DNA from: an uncultured Planctomycetales bacterium
GTDB lineage: Bacteria > Omnitrophota > Gorgyraeia > Zapsychrales > JANLHA01
Length of the DNA stretch: 64,000 nucleotides
Assembly (NCBI GenBank): GCA_964474085.1
Contig: CAYYRJ010000005.1
Span: 23,244-87,243, forward strand
Direction of reading: 5' to 3'
Shown piece after piece: positions 19,033 through 28,493 of the stretch. The position numbers were made by a program, and so were the translations under genes. How positions within the stretch are numbered: the stretch's first letter is position 1; each line of letters starts with the position of its first letter. The notes below the pieces were generated by a model. The model was not told the DNA's origin. It saw only the letters and a list, made by a program, of their open reading frames with translations, and searched no databases.

Positions 19033-19778
19033 GACTATACGGACGCAATCCAGTTTTAGAAAGAATCAAGTCCAACCCGCGCAGCATCAAGCGGATTTTT
19101 GTTGAGCATGGCCATCCAGACTCAGCGTATGTTAATCAGAAGGCCAAGCAGTTTGGCTTGCCTGTGACGATGGTCCCCGCCTCTAAGATGCTCAAACTTG
19201 CGCGTGATGTCAACTCCCAGGGCTTGCTCGCCGAGGTGGAAGGGTTTTCATATTTGCCGTTTCCTGATCTTCTAGCGCAGGCAAAAGAAAAACACGGAAC
19301 ATTGGTTTTTTTAGATGAGCTTAATGACCCGCAGAATCTTGGTGGAATTATGCGCAGCCTAGGTTGCCTTGGCCATTTTTATATTGTTTTGCCGACGCAT
19401 CACTCGGTTGAAGTGACCGAGACCGTTTTGCGCGTTTCCTGCGGCGGGGATAATTATGTGGCCGTGGCGAAAGTCGCCAATATTGCCGTTGCAATTACAA
19501 AAGCGAAAGAAGAGGGCTTTTGGATTGCCGGCTCAGTCGTCAAAAACGGTGAAGATTTAACAAAGACTCAATTTCAGTTTCCGTTAGGCATAGTCATCGG
19601 GTCGGAACAAAAAGGGATTCGGGATGTTATCGTTAAACATTTGGATCTCGCCGTCACAATCCCGATGGCGCATGATCGCATGTCGTTTAACGCGGCGCAC
19701 GCGACGACGATTTTATGTTATGAAATTGCGCGACAACGAAGTCAATATCAAGAAACCTTACAAGCACAGAAAAAATGA
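19029..19778 (+). CDS. rlmB: 23S rRNA (Gm2251) 2'-O-methyltransferase RlmB-like (SpoU family with N-terminal substrate-binding domain)
   Basis: MRLYGRNPVLE N-terminus typical of RlmB; SpoU motifs in the C-terminal half. Confidence 0.7.
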   Translation: MRLYGRNPVLERIKSNPRSIKRIFVEHGHPDSAYVNQKAKQFGLPVTMVPASKMLKLARDVNSQGLLAEVEGFSYLPFPDLLAQAKEKHGTLVFLDELNDPQNLGGIMRSLGCLGHFYIVLPTHHSVEVTETVLRVSCGGDNYVAVAKVANIAVAITKAKEEGFWIAGSVVKNGEDLTKTQFQFPLGIVIGSEQKGIRDVIVKHLDLAVTIPMAHDRMSFNAAHATTILCYEIARQRSQYQETLQAQKK

Positions 19779-20392
19779 AAAAAACAACATCGCAAATTCA
19801 GAAAAAAAAGCCCCAGCCTTCTTTAGGGGCGGCGGTTAATTTTTTTGCCGAAGCGGGACTTTTGAAACATGTCAAACGAAGCGGCTGGTGGGTCGCCGGG
19901 ATCAAGGAACCGGAGTCGGTCGCGGAACATTGTTTTCGCACGGCGGTCATCGGATTTTATTTAGCCCATTTAGAAAATTTGGACCCTTATAAGGTCGTCG
20001 TCATGGCGCTTTTTAATGACATCCACGAGGCGCGGATCAACGATTTGCATAAAATGGGTCACTACTACATTGACTTTAAGGACGCCGAGAAAAAAGTTTT
20101 TAAGGACCAGGTAGCAGAGCTTGATGAAAAAGTCGGTATGGTCCTTGAAAAGATGCGCAAAGATTACGACGAGCAGGCAACGCCAGAAAGCATTGTCGCG
20201 CGCGATGCGGATATTTTAGAATGCCTGTTGCAAGCCAAGGAATATTACGATCGCGGGCACCAGGGCGCCAAACTTTTTTTTAAGAGGGCGCCGGAGTATT
20301 TGAAAACGAAAAGTGCGCAAAAAATGTGGGCGACGATCGAAACATGGGACAGCCACCTGTGGTGGCAGAATGTTGTCAAGTTTGAACGCTAG
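19775..20392 (+). CDS. HD-domain phosphohydrolase (YfbR-like 5'-deoxynucleotidase family)
   Basis: AEHCFRTAVIG...FNDIHEARINDL region resembling the HD_3 family. Confidence 0.5.
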   Translation: MKKTTSQIQKKKPQPSLGAAVNFFAEAGLLKHVKRSGWWVAGIKEPESVAEHCFRTAVIGFYLAHLENLDPYKVVVMALFNDIHEARINDLHKMGHYYIDFKDAEKKVFKDQVAELDEKVGMVLEKMRKDYDEQATPESIVARDADILECLLQAKEYYDRGHQGAKLFFKRAPEYLKTKSAQKMWATIETWDSHLWWQNVVKFER

Positions 20393-20411
20393 AATTCCCG
20401 GAGGAAATTCA

Positions 20412-20702
20412 ATGGAACGTATCGGAATGATTGCCAGCAAAATTTCATCGGGGAATCTATTTCTTTACAACTGTTATGTCATTGTTATTTCGTTTTTCTT
20501 ATCGTTTTTAGTATTTCTTTTAGCCGGTTGTGCGATTTTTCTTGGCCTTTGGGTGTTGCGTTTGGGCATAGGGCCGTTTATCCCGTCGATGAGCCCCGGT
20601 GTGTGGAACCTGGTTTTTTGTTATTCGCTAAGCGCGTTAACGGTTTTAGTTGGAATGATCAATCTTGTGGCTGTTTTAAAAAATATTAAACTTGGAAAAT
20701 GA
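20412..20702 (+). CDS. small membrane protein (96 aa, 2-3 TM)
   Basis: Internal ATG with GGAGG RBS; stop overlaps the start of the hybrid kinase (ATGA). Confidence 0.35.
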   Translation: MERIGMIASKISSGNLFLYNCYVIVISFFLSFLVFLLAGCAIFLGLWVLRLGIGPFIPSMSPGVWNLVFCYSLSALTVLVGMINLVAVLKNIKLGK

Positions 20703-22993
20703 GCGATCTTTCTCAGACAGGATCTTCGGACATTTCCGGTTTGCTTGATGCGATGCCGATGGGCGTTTTTCGGATCAAGCTGCAGGATAAGTACCCCTTT
20801 GTTTTTGGCAATGAGTGCTTCTGCCGGATGCTTTCTTATTCGCGTTCGGAGTTGGATGCTCTTTGGTTTGAGGATATCCTGTTGGACAAAAAAATCGGCC
20901 TTGCTTTGATCCAGACAGCAGCCAAAGAAAAGTCTGCGGCGTCCGGTGAGATCGAAATTTTGACCAAGGCCAAACGTCTTTTGTCTTGCAGTTTGTCTTT
21001 GGTCGCTGTCAAAGAGGGCAAAGGAAAACCGCTTTTTGTCGACGGGATATTGCAGGACATTACAGATACTAAACGCGCCCAAAAAGACCTCAAAGAGTCG
21101 AAGGAAATCTTTCAGACGGTTTTTAATAATTCGGCCGTCGCGATTCTTGTGGCTGATGCGGCCGGAGCGGTCACCGCGTGGAATCCTTTTGTCGAACAAA
21201 TGTTGGGTGTTGAAAAAATAGATCTTTTCAACAAGGAATTCCGTGAGCTTTTTGCGCCCAATGAATGGGAGCGGGTCCTTGCGATACGCGCCAAGGACAG
21301 CGAGGTTATGACAGAAATTGAAACGCAGGTTTACAAAAAAAACGGCACCGTTTTGGACGTAGGACTTTCGCTGTCATTTATCAAAGACAATCAGAATCGA
21401 CTCAACGGGTCGATTGTGATTTTGCGGGATATGACCAAACAAAAAATTGCAGAACGCAAAATCCGGGAATCCGAGGCCAAAATCCGTATTATTCTCGACC
21501 ATTCGGCTGCCGCGATTACGTTGACCGATGAACAAGAACGAATTATTACCTGGAACCGCTATACCGAACAGATGCTGGATAAGTCCAAGGACGATCTTTA
21601 TTTGCAGCCGGTCAGTGTGCTTTATCCGCCTTCCGAATGGGAAAAGATTCGCGCGGCGGATATCCGCAAGAGCGGTTCACGTCATCATTTTGAAACATTT
21701 GCGTTAAAAAAAGACGGGACATTGATTGACGTGGACCTTTCGGTCAATATTCTTAAAGATTCCAACGGCAGTATCGTTGGGTCGGTAGGAATCATGCAGG
21801 ACATTACCGAACGAAAGCGCGTTGAGCAAATGCTCGTCAAAGCCAAGATTGCCGCGGAAGAGGCGAATAATTCCAAAAGTTTGTTTCTCGCCAATATGTC
21901 GCATGAGGTTCGCACGCCGATGAATACGATTCTGGGGCTTGTGGATTTGACTTTGGATACCCAGCTTTCGCCTGAGCAGCGGGACAATTTGACGACGATC
22001 AAAAACGCCGGCGATATTCTTTTGAGTTTGCTCAATGATATTCTTGACCTTTCACGCGTTGAGGCTGGCAAGATCCAGCTGGAAAATATCGAATTAAGCA
22101 TTCCTAATATTTTGCAGAGCGTCTGTAAAGGTCTCGAAGTTTTGTCGCGCAACAAAAAGATCGAGCTTGTCCGTTATGTCGATGAGAATATTCCCTCGAC
22201 ATTAATCGGAGATCCGGTCAGGATACGCCAGATTTTGGTGAATCTTATCAATAATGCGATTAAATTTACGTTTCAGGGGCAGATTGTCACAACTGTGAAA
22301 TTGCTTGATGTGACCGACACCGTTTGTCAATTGCAGTTTTCGGTCAAAGATCAGGGGGTTGGGATACCGCAGGACAAGTTGGAAACTATTTTTGAAGCTT
22401 TTACGCAGGCCGATGCTTCGACGACTCGCCGATTTGGCGGGACGGGTTTGGGGTTGGCGATTTCTAAGAGGCTCGTCGAAATGATGGGCGGCCGGATTTG
22501 GGTGGAAAGCGAAGAGTTTCAGGGCAGTACATTTATTTTTACCGCAAAGTTTCGTATCGGACAAAATGGGCAAGCGGCTGTTTTGCCTGAAGTTAACCAA
22601 GCGACGGTTGCTGCCAAAGAAGCCAAGGCTGTTAAAATTTTGCTTGCGGAGGACAATTTGGTCAATCAAAAAATTGCCGCCAAAATGCTCGAAAAAAAAG
22701 GATGGTTTGTTAAGGGGGCTGAAAACGGAAAACAAGTTCTCGAGTATCTTGAACAGGAGCCGTTTGATGTGATTTTGATGGATGCCCAGATGCCTGTTTT
22801 AGATGGTTTTGAAGCCACTCGTTTGATCCGTGAAGCGGAGAAAAAAACTGGTAAGCATATTCCGATTGTTGCTCTTACCGCTCATGCGATGGCCGGTGAT
22901 CGGCAAAAATGTCTGGATGCGGGGATGGACGGCTATGTTACGAAACCAATCGATCGGCAAAAACTTTATGAGGCGGTCGAAAATGTTGTTTAA
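20699..22993 (+). CDS. hybrid sensor histidine kinase (multiple PAS, HisKA, HATPase_c, C-terminal REC)
   Basis: PAS-like repeats, H-box [15 protein letters not shown] boxes, C-terminal receiver [11 protein letters not shown]...[12 protein letters not shown]. Confidence 0.85.
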   Translation: MSDLSQTGSSDISGLLDAMPMGVFRIKLQDKYPFVFGNECFCRMLSYSRSELDALWFEDILLDKKIGLALIQTAAKEKSAASGEIEILTKAKRLLSCSLSLVAVKEGKGKPLFVDGILQDITDTKRAQKDLKESKEIFQTVFNNSAVAILVADAAGAVTAWNPFVEQMLGVEKIDLFNKEFRELFAPNEWERVLAIRAKDSEVMTEIETQVYKKNGTVLDVGLSLSFIKDNQNRLNGSIVILRDMTKQKIAERKIRESEAKIRIILDHSAAAITLTDEQERIITWNRYTEQMLDKSKDDLYLQPVSVLYPPSEWEKIRAADIRKSGSRHHFETFALKKDGTLIDVDLSVNILKDSNGSIVGSVGIMQDITERKRVEQMLVKAKIAAEEANNSKSLFLANMSHEVRTPMNTILGLVDLTLDTQLSPEQRDNLTTIKNAGDILLSLLNDILDLSRVEAGKIQLENIELSIPNILQSVCKGLEVLSRNKKIELVRYVDENIPSTLIGDPVRIRQILVNLINNAIKFTFQGQIVTTVKLLDVTDTVCQLQFSVKDQGVGIPQDKLETIFEAFTQADASTTRRFGGTGLGLAISKRLVEMMGGRIWVESEEFQGSTFIFTAKFRIGQNGQAAVLPEVNQATVAAKEAKAVKILLAEDNLVNQKIAAKMLEKKGWFVKGAENGKQVLEYLEQEPFDVILMDAQMPVLDGFEATRLIREAEKKTGKHIPIVALTAHAMAGDRQKCLDAGMDGYVTKPIDRQKLYEAVENVV

Positions 22994-23015
22994 TCAGTTT
23001 TAAAAAAGGAATGGT

Positions 23016-23369
23016 ATGAGCGAAAAAGTTATTGATCTTGAGGAAGTGTTGGAACGTGTACAGGAAGATAAAGAACTTTTGCTGGAGCTTTTTGACATTT
23101 TCACGAAAGATTATTTGCAAAAGACCCAAACGTTAAAAAAAGCCATTGCCGAAAAGAACATTGAGCTGATCAAGGACCTTGTGCATTCGATCAAAGGGGC
23201 GGCCGGAAATATTTCAGCAAAGGCCCTGCATGCGGTTTGCGTTAATATCGAAGAGCTTTGTGCCAAAAAAGACATCGCCGCCACACAAGCCGCTTTGCCT
23301 GTGCTCGACGAAAGTTTCAAAAATCTTCAAGGCCGTATCGCTGAGATTAAAAAAGAATTTGGTGCTTAA
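23016..23369 (+). CDS. Hpt (histidine phosphotransfer) domain protein
   Basis: 117 aa with HSIKGAAGNISA (HxxKG) Hpt signature; immediately downstream of the hybrid kinase. Confidence 0.8.
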   Translation: MSEKVIDLEEVLERVQEDKELLLELFDIFTKDYLQKTQTLKKAIAEKNIELIKDLVHSIKGAAGNISAKALHAVCVNIEELCAKKDIAATQAALPVLDESFKNLQGRIAEIKKEFGA

Positions 23370-23392
23370 CTACATGTTAAAAGGGCAGGGCT

Positions 23393-24391
23393 ATGCGTAG
23401 TATTTTCGTTTTGACGATGATGATGTTTGCCCTTTTGGTCGGCGCATTTTACTATGCGTTTTATACGCCGGCTTTGGTGCAAAAAGCCGCCCCGGCGTTT
23501 ATTGAAAAATATGTTAAAGAAGTGACGTTGAATTCTTTGCGAATCGGCGGCCAGTCGATTGCGTACCCGGAAGTTTTGAAGCTTTATAATATCCGTGCCG
23601 AGTTTCAGTGGGAAAACGAGACCTACGAGCTTGCGATTGCAGAATTGGATTTTTTAAATTTTCAAACGTTTATCAGAACGCAGCAACAGGCTTTGATCGA
23701 TCTTTCGGGCGTTGATATTCACAAGAAAGATTGGGAAATTCTCAACGCGTCTGCAGGTTTGACGGTTAATCTCAACGATAAATCATTCGATAATTGTTTA
23801 ATTGTCCTGCGCCAGGCGGCAATAAAAATTGCTCCTTATAAGTTGACGGGGATCCAGGCGCGTATTGAGGCCAGTCGCCAGAGTGTCAAAATTCCCGAAT
23901 TCAAGGCCCAGGCTTATGGCGGTGGGGCAAAGGGAAAAATCAGTTTGACGTTTACGCCTAAGGTTTCGGAAGAAATCAACATTGAATTTTGGGACATGAA
24001 AAGTACGGAATTAGCGTTGTTTAATAAAAGGCTTTTTGCGCAAGTTAGCGGGGACTTTAACGGGACTTTAAAGTTTAGCCGGGCCGAAGGGTTGATTGCC
24101 GTTTTGGCTATTTTTGCCGAAATTCCTAAAGGAGGCACTCTGTCGACGAATCTTGGCAAAAAGATAAGCGGGTATATTGTTGACGAAGAAACTCTTGGCA
24201 AGATAACAGATTCGATCGAGAAAAAAGGCAAAATCGAGTTTGATAATGCCCAGGTTAGAATTCTTAAACTCAATGAGAGAGTAGCCGGCGTTAGCGTGAC
24301 CTTAGAGAACAAAAAAGACAATTTGTCAATTCATGAAACAATTAATATGGATATGAGCCGTATCCTGGCAAAATTTGATTGGAAGAAATAG
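23393..24391 (+). CDS. hypothetical membrane-anchored protein
   Basis: N-terminal TM helix, otherwise soluble 300-aa domain without recognisable motifs. Confidence 0.35.
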   Translation: MRSIFVLTMMMFALLVGAFYYAFYTPALVQKAAPAFIEKYVKEVTLNSLRIGGQSIAYPEVLKLYNIRAEFQWENETYELAIAELDFLNFQTFIRTQQQALIDLSGVDIHKKDWEILNASAGLTVNLNDKSFDNCLIVLRQAAIKIAPYKLTGIQARIEASRQSVKIPEFKAQAYGGGAKGKISLTFTPKVSEEINIEFWDMKSTELALFNKRLFAQVSGDFNGTLKFSRAEGLIAVLAIFAEIPKGGTLSTNLGKKISGYIVDEETLGKITDSIEKKGKIEFDNAQVRILKLNERVAGVSVTLENKKDNLSIHETINMDMSRILAKFDWKK

Positions 24392-24397
24392 ACGGTA

Positions 24398-26077
24398 ATG
24401 CGTTTTTCACTTTTAACGCTTATTCTCTTAGGGGCATTGTGTTATTTTAATGCGGTCGGAAATCCGTTTGTCCACGACGATATTGTTTTTATTCTGCAAA
24501 ATCCCGGAGTCCATCATCTTACCGGGATCGCGGAAGTTTTTAATAAAAGTTCTTTTGCGCCCGCATCGATTGCGGTCGCCAATGGGTATTACCGCCCTTT
24601 TTTGGATCTTGTTTATCGTCTGGAGTATTGGCTGTTTGGTCCGGCTCCTCAAGGATATCATCTGCTTAATATCGGGCTTCATCTGGCCAATGCGTTTTTG
24701 ATCTTTGCCTTGGGTTTGCGTTTGACGGGACGTGAAATTTTTTCATGGTGTGCGGCAGCTTTGTTTTTGGTTCATCCGATACAAAGTGAGGCGGTCGCGT
24801 GTATTTCCGGAATATCCAATCTGCTTTTTGTATTCTTTCTGCTCGCATCGTTTTTGCTCTATACCCGGATTTCTAATCAAACTTCTCAATTGACTTGGGT
24901 TGACGAGGCTGCAACGTATAGCGGGGCGCTTGTTCTTTTTGGCTGCGCGCTTTTGTCTAAGGAACAGGCGATTGTTTTGCCGCTGCTTTTATTGCTTTAT
25001 GAATTCTGTTTCCCCAAAATTGTGACCACCAGTAATAATATCTGGCGGCTTCGGCTCTCAGGGTTTTTAATTGTAGCCGGCGGTTATCTTATGTGGCGCA
25101 AAATTGTCGTTGGGGAATTTTTGACTTCTTTTGTGAGCAATTGGGGCGAATTTTATTTAAGGCTAAAATCGTTTCCGGCGATGATGCTCAACCATTTGCA
25201 AACGGTTTTTTGGCCGTCGGATTTGCATTATTATCGCAGTTATGACATCCTTTTGCCCTGGGGTTGGCCGGCGGTCAGTTTTTTTCTTCTCTTGGTTGTG
25301 TGCCTTTTGGTTTGGAGAATTTTGCCGAAGAATCGTCAGATGCTTTATAGTTTTGGGTTAGGATGGTTTGCTCTTACCCTTTTGCCGACGACGAGTATTA
25401 TTCCGCTGGTTCATGAATATTCTTTTATTGCTGCTTTTGAACATTTTCTTTATTTGCCTCTGGCCGGTTTATTATGGAGTTTGCTCATTGCATTGGACTA
25501 TTTTGCGGATCAAATATTTCGTCGAAAAAGCCAGATTGCCAAAAAGATTTTTATGGCCGTTGGGATTGTCAGCGCTGTTGTTTTAACGCAAGCGCAAACC
25601 CGTATCTGGGCTGGTGAGATTGCGCTTTTTGAAAAAGCGGTCAAATATGAAAACGGGATGGGCCGGCTGCATCTTCTTTTGGCGCAGGCATATTATGTCA
25701 ACGGTGATTTTCGACAAGCCAAAGGCGAATACAGCGTCGGGCGTGATATTATGCTTAAGTATCTTGGCAAAATCAAAGATCAGCGGGTCAAACCGTTTTA
25801 TCTTTCGTTTTTAAAAGACAGCTTGTTGGGAATTGCCGCTTGTGAACAGGCGCTTGGGAATTGGCAGGCAGCCAGTGCCCAGTATGAAAAAATTCTATTA
25901 TTTGCTCTGTCGGATAGTCGTGTTGAAAACAATTTGGGCATTTGTGCGATCCACTCTGGTGATTTGCAGAAGGCCGAACAACATTTTCGACGTGCTTTAG
26001 CGATGGATGCAAATTTTCAAGGTGCAGAAAAAAATTTAGAACAGGTCCTTAAACAAAAATCTTCAGGAGTCCAATGA
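24398..26077 (+). CDS. polytopic GT-C-like membrane protein with C-terminal TPR repeats (TMTC/DUF1736-like putative glycosyltransferase)
   Basis: N-terminal NPFVHDDIVFILQNP motif (acidic DD in first loop), at least 10 TM helices, C-terminal TPR-like repeats; paralog of 61924..63687. Confidence 0.55.
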   Translation: MRFSLLTLILLGALCYFNAVGNPFVHDDIVFILQNPGVHHLTGIAEVFNKSSFAPASIAVANGYYRPFLDLVYRLEYWLFGPAPQGYHLLNIGLHLANAFLIFALGLRLTGREIFSWCAAALFLVHPIQSEAVACISGISNLLFVFFLLASFLLYTRISNQTSQLTWVDEAATYSGALVLFGCALLSKEQAIVLPLLLLLYEFCFPKIVTTSNNIWRLRLSGFLIVAGGYLMWRKIVVGEFLTSFVSNWGEFYLRLKSFPAMMLNHLQTVFWPSDLHYYRSYDILLPWGWPAVSFFLLLVVCLLVWRILPKNRQMLYSFGLGWFALTLLPTTSIIPLVHEYSFIAAFEHFLYLPLAGLLWSLLIALDYFADQIFRRKSQIAKKIFMAVGIVSAVVLTQAQTRIWAGEIALFEKAVKYENGMGRLHLLLAQAYYVNGDFRQAKGEYSVGRDIMLKYLGKIKDQRVKPFYLSFLKDSLLGIAACEQALGNWQAASAQYEKILLFALSDSRVENNLGICAIHSGDLQKAEQHFRRALAMDANFQGAEKNLEQVLKQKSSGVQ

Positions 26078-26766
26078 CACTCTCTTTTCAAATTATTGCC
26101 GCAGGCATTGCGGTTTTCCTTTTAGGGGTTTTGGGTATTTTGCTGATTGTCCCGACGAAAAAGACGCGGCGTCAGCGTTTTTCTGGCGAGCAAAAAATTA
26201 AACCTCAACAGCCTCCCCAGAAAGATTGGCAAGCGGTCAGCCTCAAATTAGAAAGGCATATCCAGGCTTTACGCAAAGAAATTGACGAGTATCAGAGAAA
26301 AGAAAAGAGTTTGGAGCGCGACCTTTCGGTGCAGAGCCAAAAATATAGCAAACTGCAGGAAAAGCTACTGCAGGAGCGCGATTGGCAAAAAAAAGAGAGC
26401 GATGATATCGAAAAAAAGGCGCAGGAAATCCTTGCCCTTAAAAATGACCTTCGAAAAATGGAGCATGATCTGGGAGTGATGCATTCAGACCGTTTGCGTT
26501 TTGAAAGGGAACTGCGAGAATCAAAAGACGAGAATAGTTCGATCGTACAAGTGCGTCGTAACCTGGAGTTGCATGTCCAAAAAATTGAAGCTGAAAATGA
26601 AACTTTGCGTAAAACTGTTAAAGAATTGCGCTGGGAGACAGAGCGGCTTTCCGAGAAAAAGGACGCTGAAAGCTGGGTGCCGAAAGAAGATTTTCAAAAA
26701 CTGCAAGCTGATCTGCGCAACAAGGAAAAAGATCTCGCCCGATTACGGGAACAATTTAAAAAATAA
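26074..26766 (+). CDS. membrane-anchored coiled-coil protein
   Basis: N-terminal TM helix then about 180 aa of heptad-rich E/K/R/L sequence; start overlaps the upstream stop. Confidence 0.5.
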   Translation: MTLSFQIIAAGIAVFLLGVLGILLIVPTKKTRRQRFSGEQKIKPQQPPQKDWQAVSLKLERHIQALRKEIDEYQRKEKSLERDLSVQSQKYSKLQEKLLQERDWQKKESDDIEKKAQEILALKNDLRKMEHDLGVMHSDRLRFERELRESKDENSSIVQVRRNLELHVQKIEAENETLRKTVKELRWETERLSEKKDAESWVPKEDFQKLQADLRNKEKDLARLREQFKK

Positions 26767-26957
26767 GTATTATTTGATGTATTCCATTAAGGCAGAACAA
26801 TCCATCGACATATAGTTGAGACATAGAATTAAATATAGATTCCTCCCCCTTGCAGCCTAGGTGAGATGGGGAGAAATTTAATGATATTTGTCGACGATGA
26901 ATTAGCTCTTTTCGTCGACAACATAAAATTCTTAAATGGTGTGCCGCTAAATCTTTG

Positions 26958-27040
26958 GATCCCTGCTTTCGCAGGGATGACATTGCCTTTTTTGTCATTC
27001 ACAGGAAAATATTTTGTCATTCCCGCGAAAGCGGGAATCC
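26958..27040. repeat. inverted pair of GTCATYC-hairpin-GRATC palindromic units (IPAKAGI/SRESGNP-type repeat)
   Basis: ggatccctgctttcgcagggatgac (26958-26982) and gtcattcccgcgaaagcgggaatcc (27016-27040); three six-frame ORFs here encode IPAKAGIQ/SRESGNP peptides typical of this repeat class. Confidence 0.7.
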
Positions 27041-27107
27041 ACTTTTCAGATTGCCCCTTTATCTGACCCGATCTGTGCTGCGAGAGGGAAATTTAATTTG
27101 GACAGCA

Positions 27108-28328
27108 ATGACAAAACCCGCTATAATGTCCGACTTACAAGGAGTAGCGATTGTGCAATTTGCCCGACGGACAGATTGGGAGTTAAGCCCGAATGCGATT
27201 AGCGGTATTTTGGAAGATTTTAAAAAGCGCAGCGAGCTCATTTGGGATTTGACACAGTCAAACCCGACGGTTTGCGCCTTTGAGTATCCGCTCCATGAGC
27301 TTTTGCCTAAACTCGGCGATATGCAAAGCTCGACGTATGCTCCAACCAGCAAAGGGCTTTTGAGCGCCCGGCAAGCGATTGTGGAGTATTATCAGGGCCA
27401 AAATATTGCCATTTCGCCCGAGCAGATTTTTTTGACGGCAAGTACCTCGGAGGCGTATTCATTTTTGTTTCGGCTTTTAGCCAATCCGGGGGAAACGGTC
27501 CTTTTCCCTCGCCCAAGCTATCCGTTATTTGACTTTTTGGTGGATCTTAACGATTTGGAACAAGGCTTTTATCCACTTGTTTATGACGGGCGCTGGGCCG
27601 TTGATTTAGGCGAACTGCAAAACACTATTTCATCACGGACAAAAGCGATCGTTGTTGTTAACCCGAATAATCCGACGGGTTCCTATGTCACGGATCATGA
27701 GCTTAAAAAGTTAAATGTGCTTTGCCAAGAAAACGATTTGGCTTTGATCAGCGACGAAGTTTTTTTTGATTATGCTTTTGACGCAGAGAAACGTTATGCC
27801 TCTTTTGCTTCAAACACGCAAAATTTGACTTTTACATTAGGCGGACTTTCCAAAACTCTAGGTCTGCCGCAAATGAAATTGTCGTGGATTCTTGTGACTG
27901 GCCCGAAATCGATTGTGGATGAAGCGATCGCCCGTCTTGAAATTATTGCGGACACGTATCTTTCGGTTAACACGCCGGTACAAAATGCTTTAGCCTCATG
28001 GCTTTCTTTTCGGCCGCTGATCCAGGAGCAAATCAAAAAGCGTGTTAGGACCAACCGTGAATTTTTGCTCAAAAATTTTGCGGATGAGACTTTGGCATCT
28101 GTTCTACAGGCTGACGGCGGATGGTATATGATCCTAAAATTGTCCGGGGCAATTGACGAAGAAAAGATCGTTGAGGAATTGTTGATGCACGATAAGGTTT
28201 ATGTGCACCCGGGTTATTTTTTTAATTTTAGCCAGGAACCGTATCTGATTTTAAGCCTTTTGCCCAGAGAAGATATTTTTTGTGAAGGGGTCGGGAGAAT
28301 TGCAGCACGATTAAGGAATCTTTTGTAA
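27108..28328 (+). CDS. class I/II pyridoxal-phosphate aminotransferase
   Basis: NPNNPTG and SKTLGLPQMKLSW (PLP-lysine) motifs. The annotated ORF start lies in a repeat; I take the first ATG downstream (27108). A GTG at 27153 with AAGGAG RBS is an alternative. Confidence 0.7.
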   Translation: MTKPAIMSDLQGVAIVQFARRTDWELSPNAISGILEDFKKRSELIWDLTQSNPTVCAFEYPLHELLPKLGDMQSSTYAPTSKGLLSARQAIVEYYQGQNIAISPEQIFLTASTSEAYSFLFRLLANPGETVLFPRPSYPLFDFLVDLNDLEQGFYPLVYDGRWAVDLGELQNTISSRTKAIVVVNPNNPTGSYVTDHELKKLNVLCQENDLALISDEVFFDYAFDAEKRYASFASNTQNLTFTLGGLSKTLGLPQMKLSWILVTGPKSIVDEAIARLEIIADTYLSVNTPVQNALASWLSFRPLIQEQIKKRVRTNREFLLKNFADETLASVLQADGGWYMILKLSGAIDEEKIVEELLMHDKVYVHPGYFFNFSQEPYLILSLLPREDIFCEGVGRIAARLRNLL

Positions 28329-28347
28329 ATTTTTTGCGTTAATTTTG

Positions 28348-28430
28348 CCGGTTCTCAAAGTCCTTTTTCGGCTCAATTGTTTGGCGCCTCTATGGCGCTA
28401 TTCGCCTTCAAAAGGACTTTGAAAACCGGC
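28348..28430 (+). repeat. structured intergenic repeat, family copy 2 (21-bp outer stem with one mismatch; core TCGGCTCAATTGTTTGG-CGCC-TCTAT-GGCG-CTATTCGCC)
   Basis: gccggttctcaaagtcctttt ... aaaaggactttgaaaaccggc encloses the conserved core. Confidence 0.65.
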
Positions 28431-28493
28431 AGCCAGCATGATGAAATGATCAATAAAAATATGTATCGACGTACTATAAAGGAAAAATAAATT

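Noticed and set aside
26866-27066. ORFs 26866-27066, 26829-27020 (minus strand) and 27014-27202 encoding IPAKAGI/SRESGNP-like peptides
   Set aside because: These are translations of palindromic repeat units in three frames. They have no RBS or start context, and this peptide signature is a known artefact of this repeat class.
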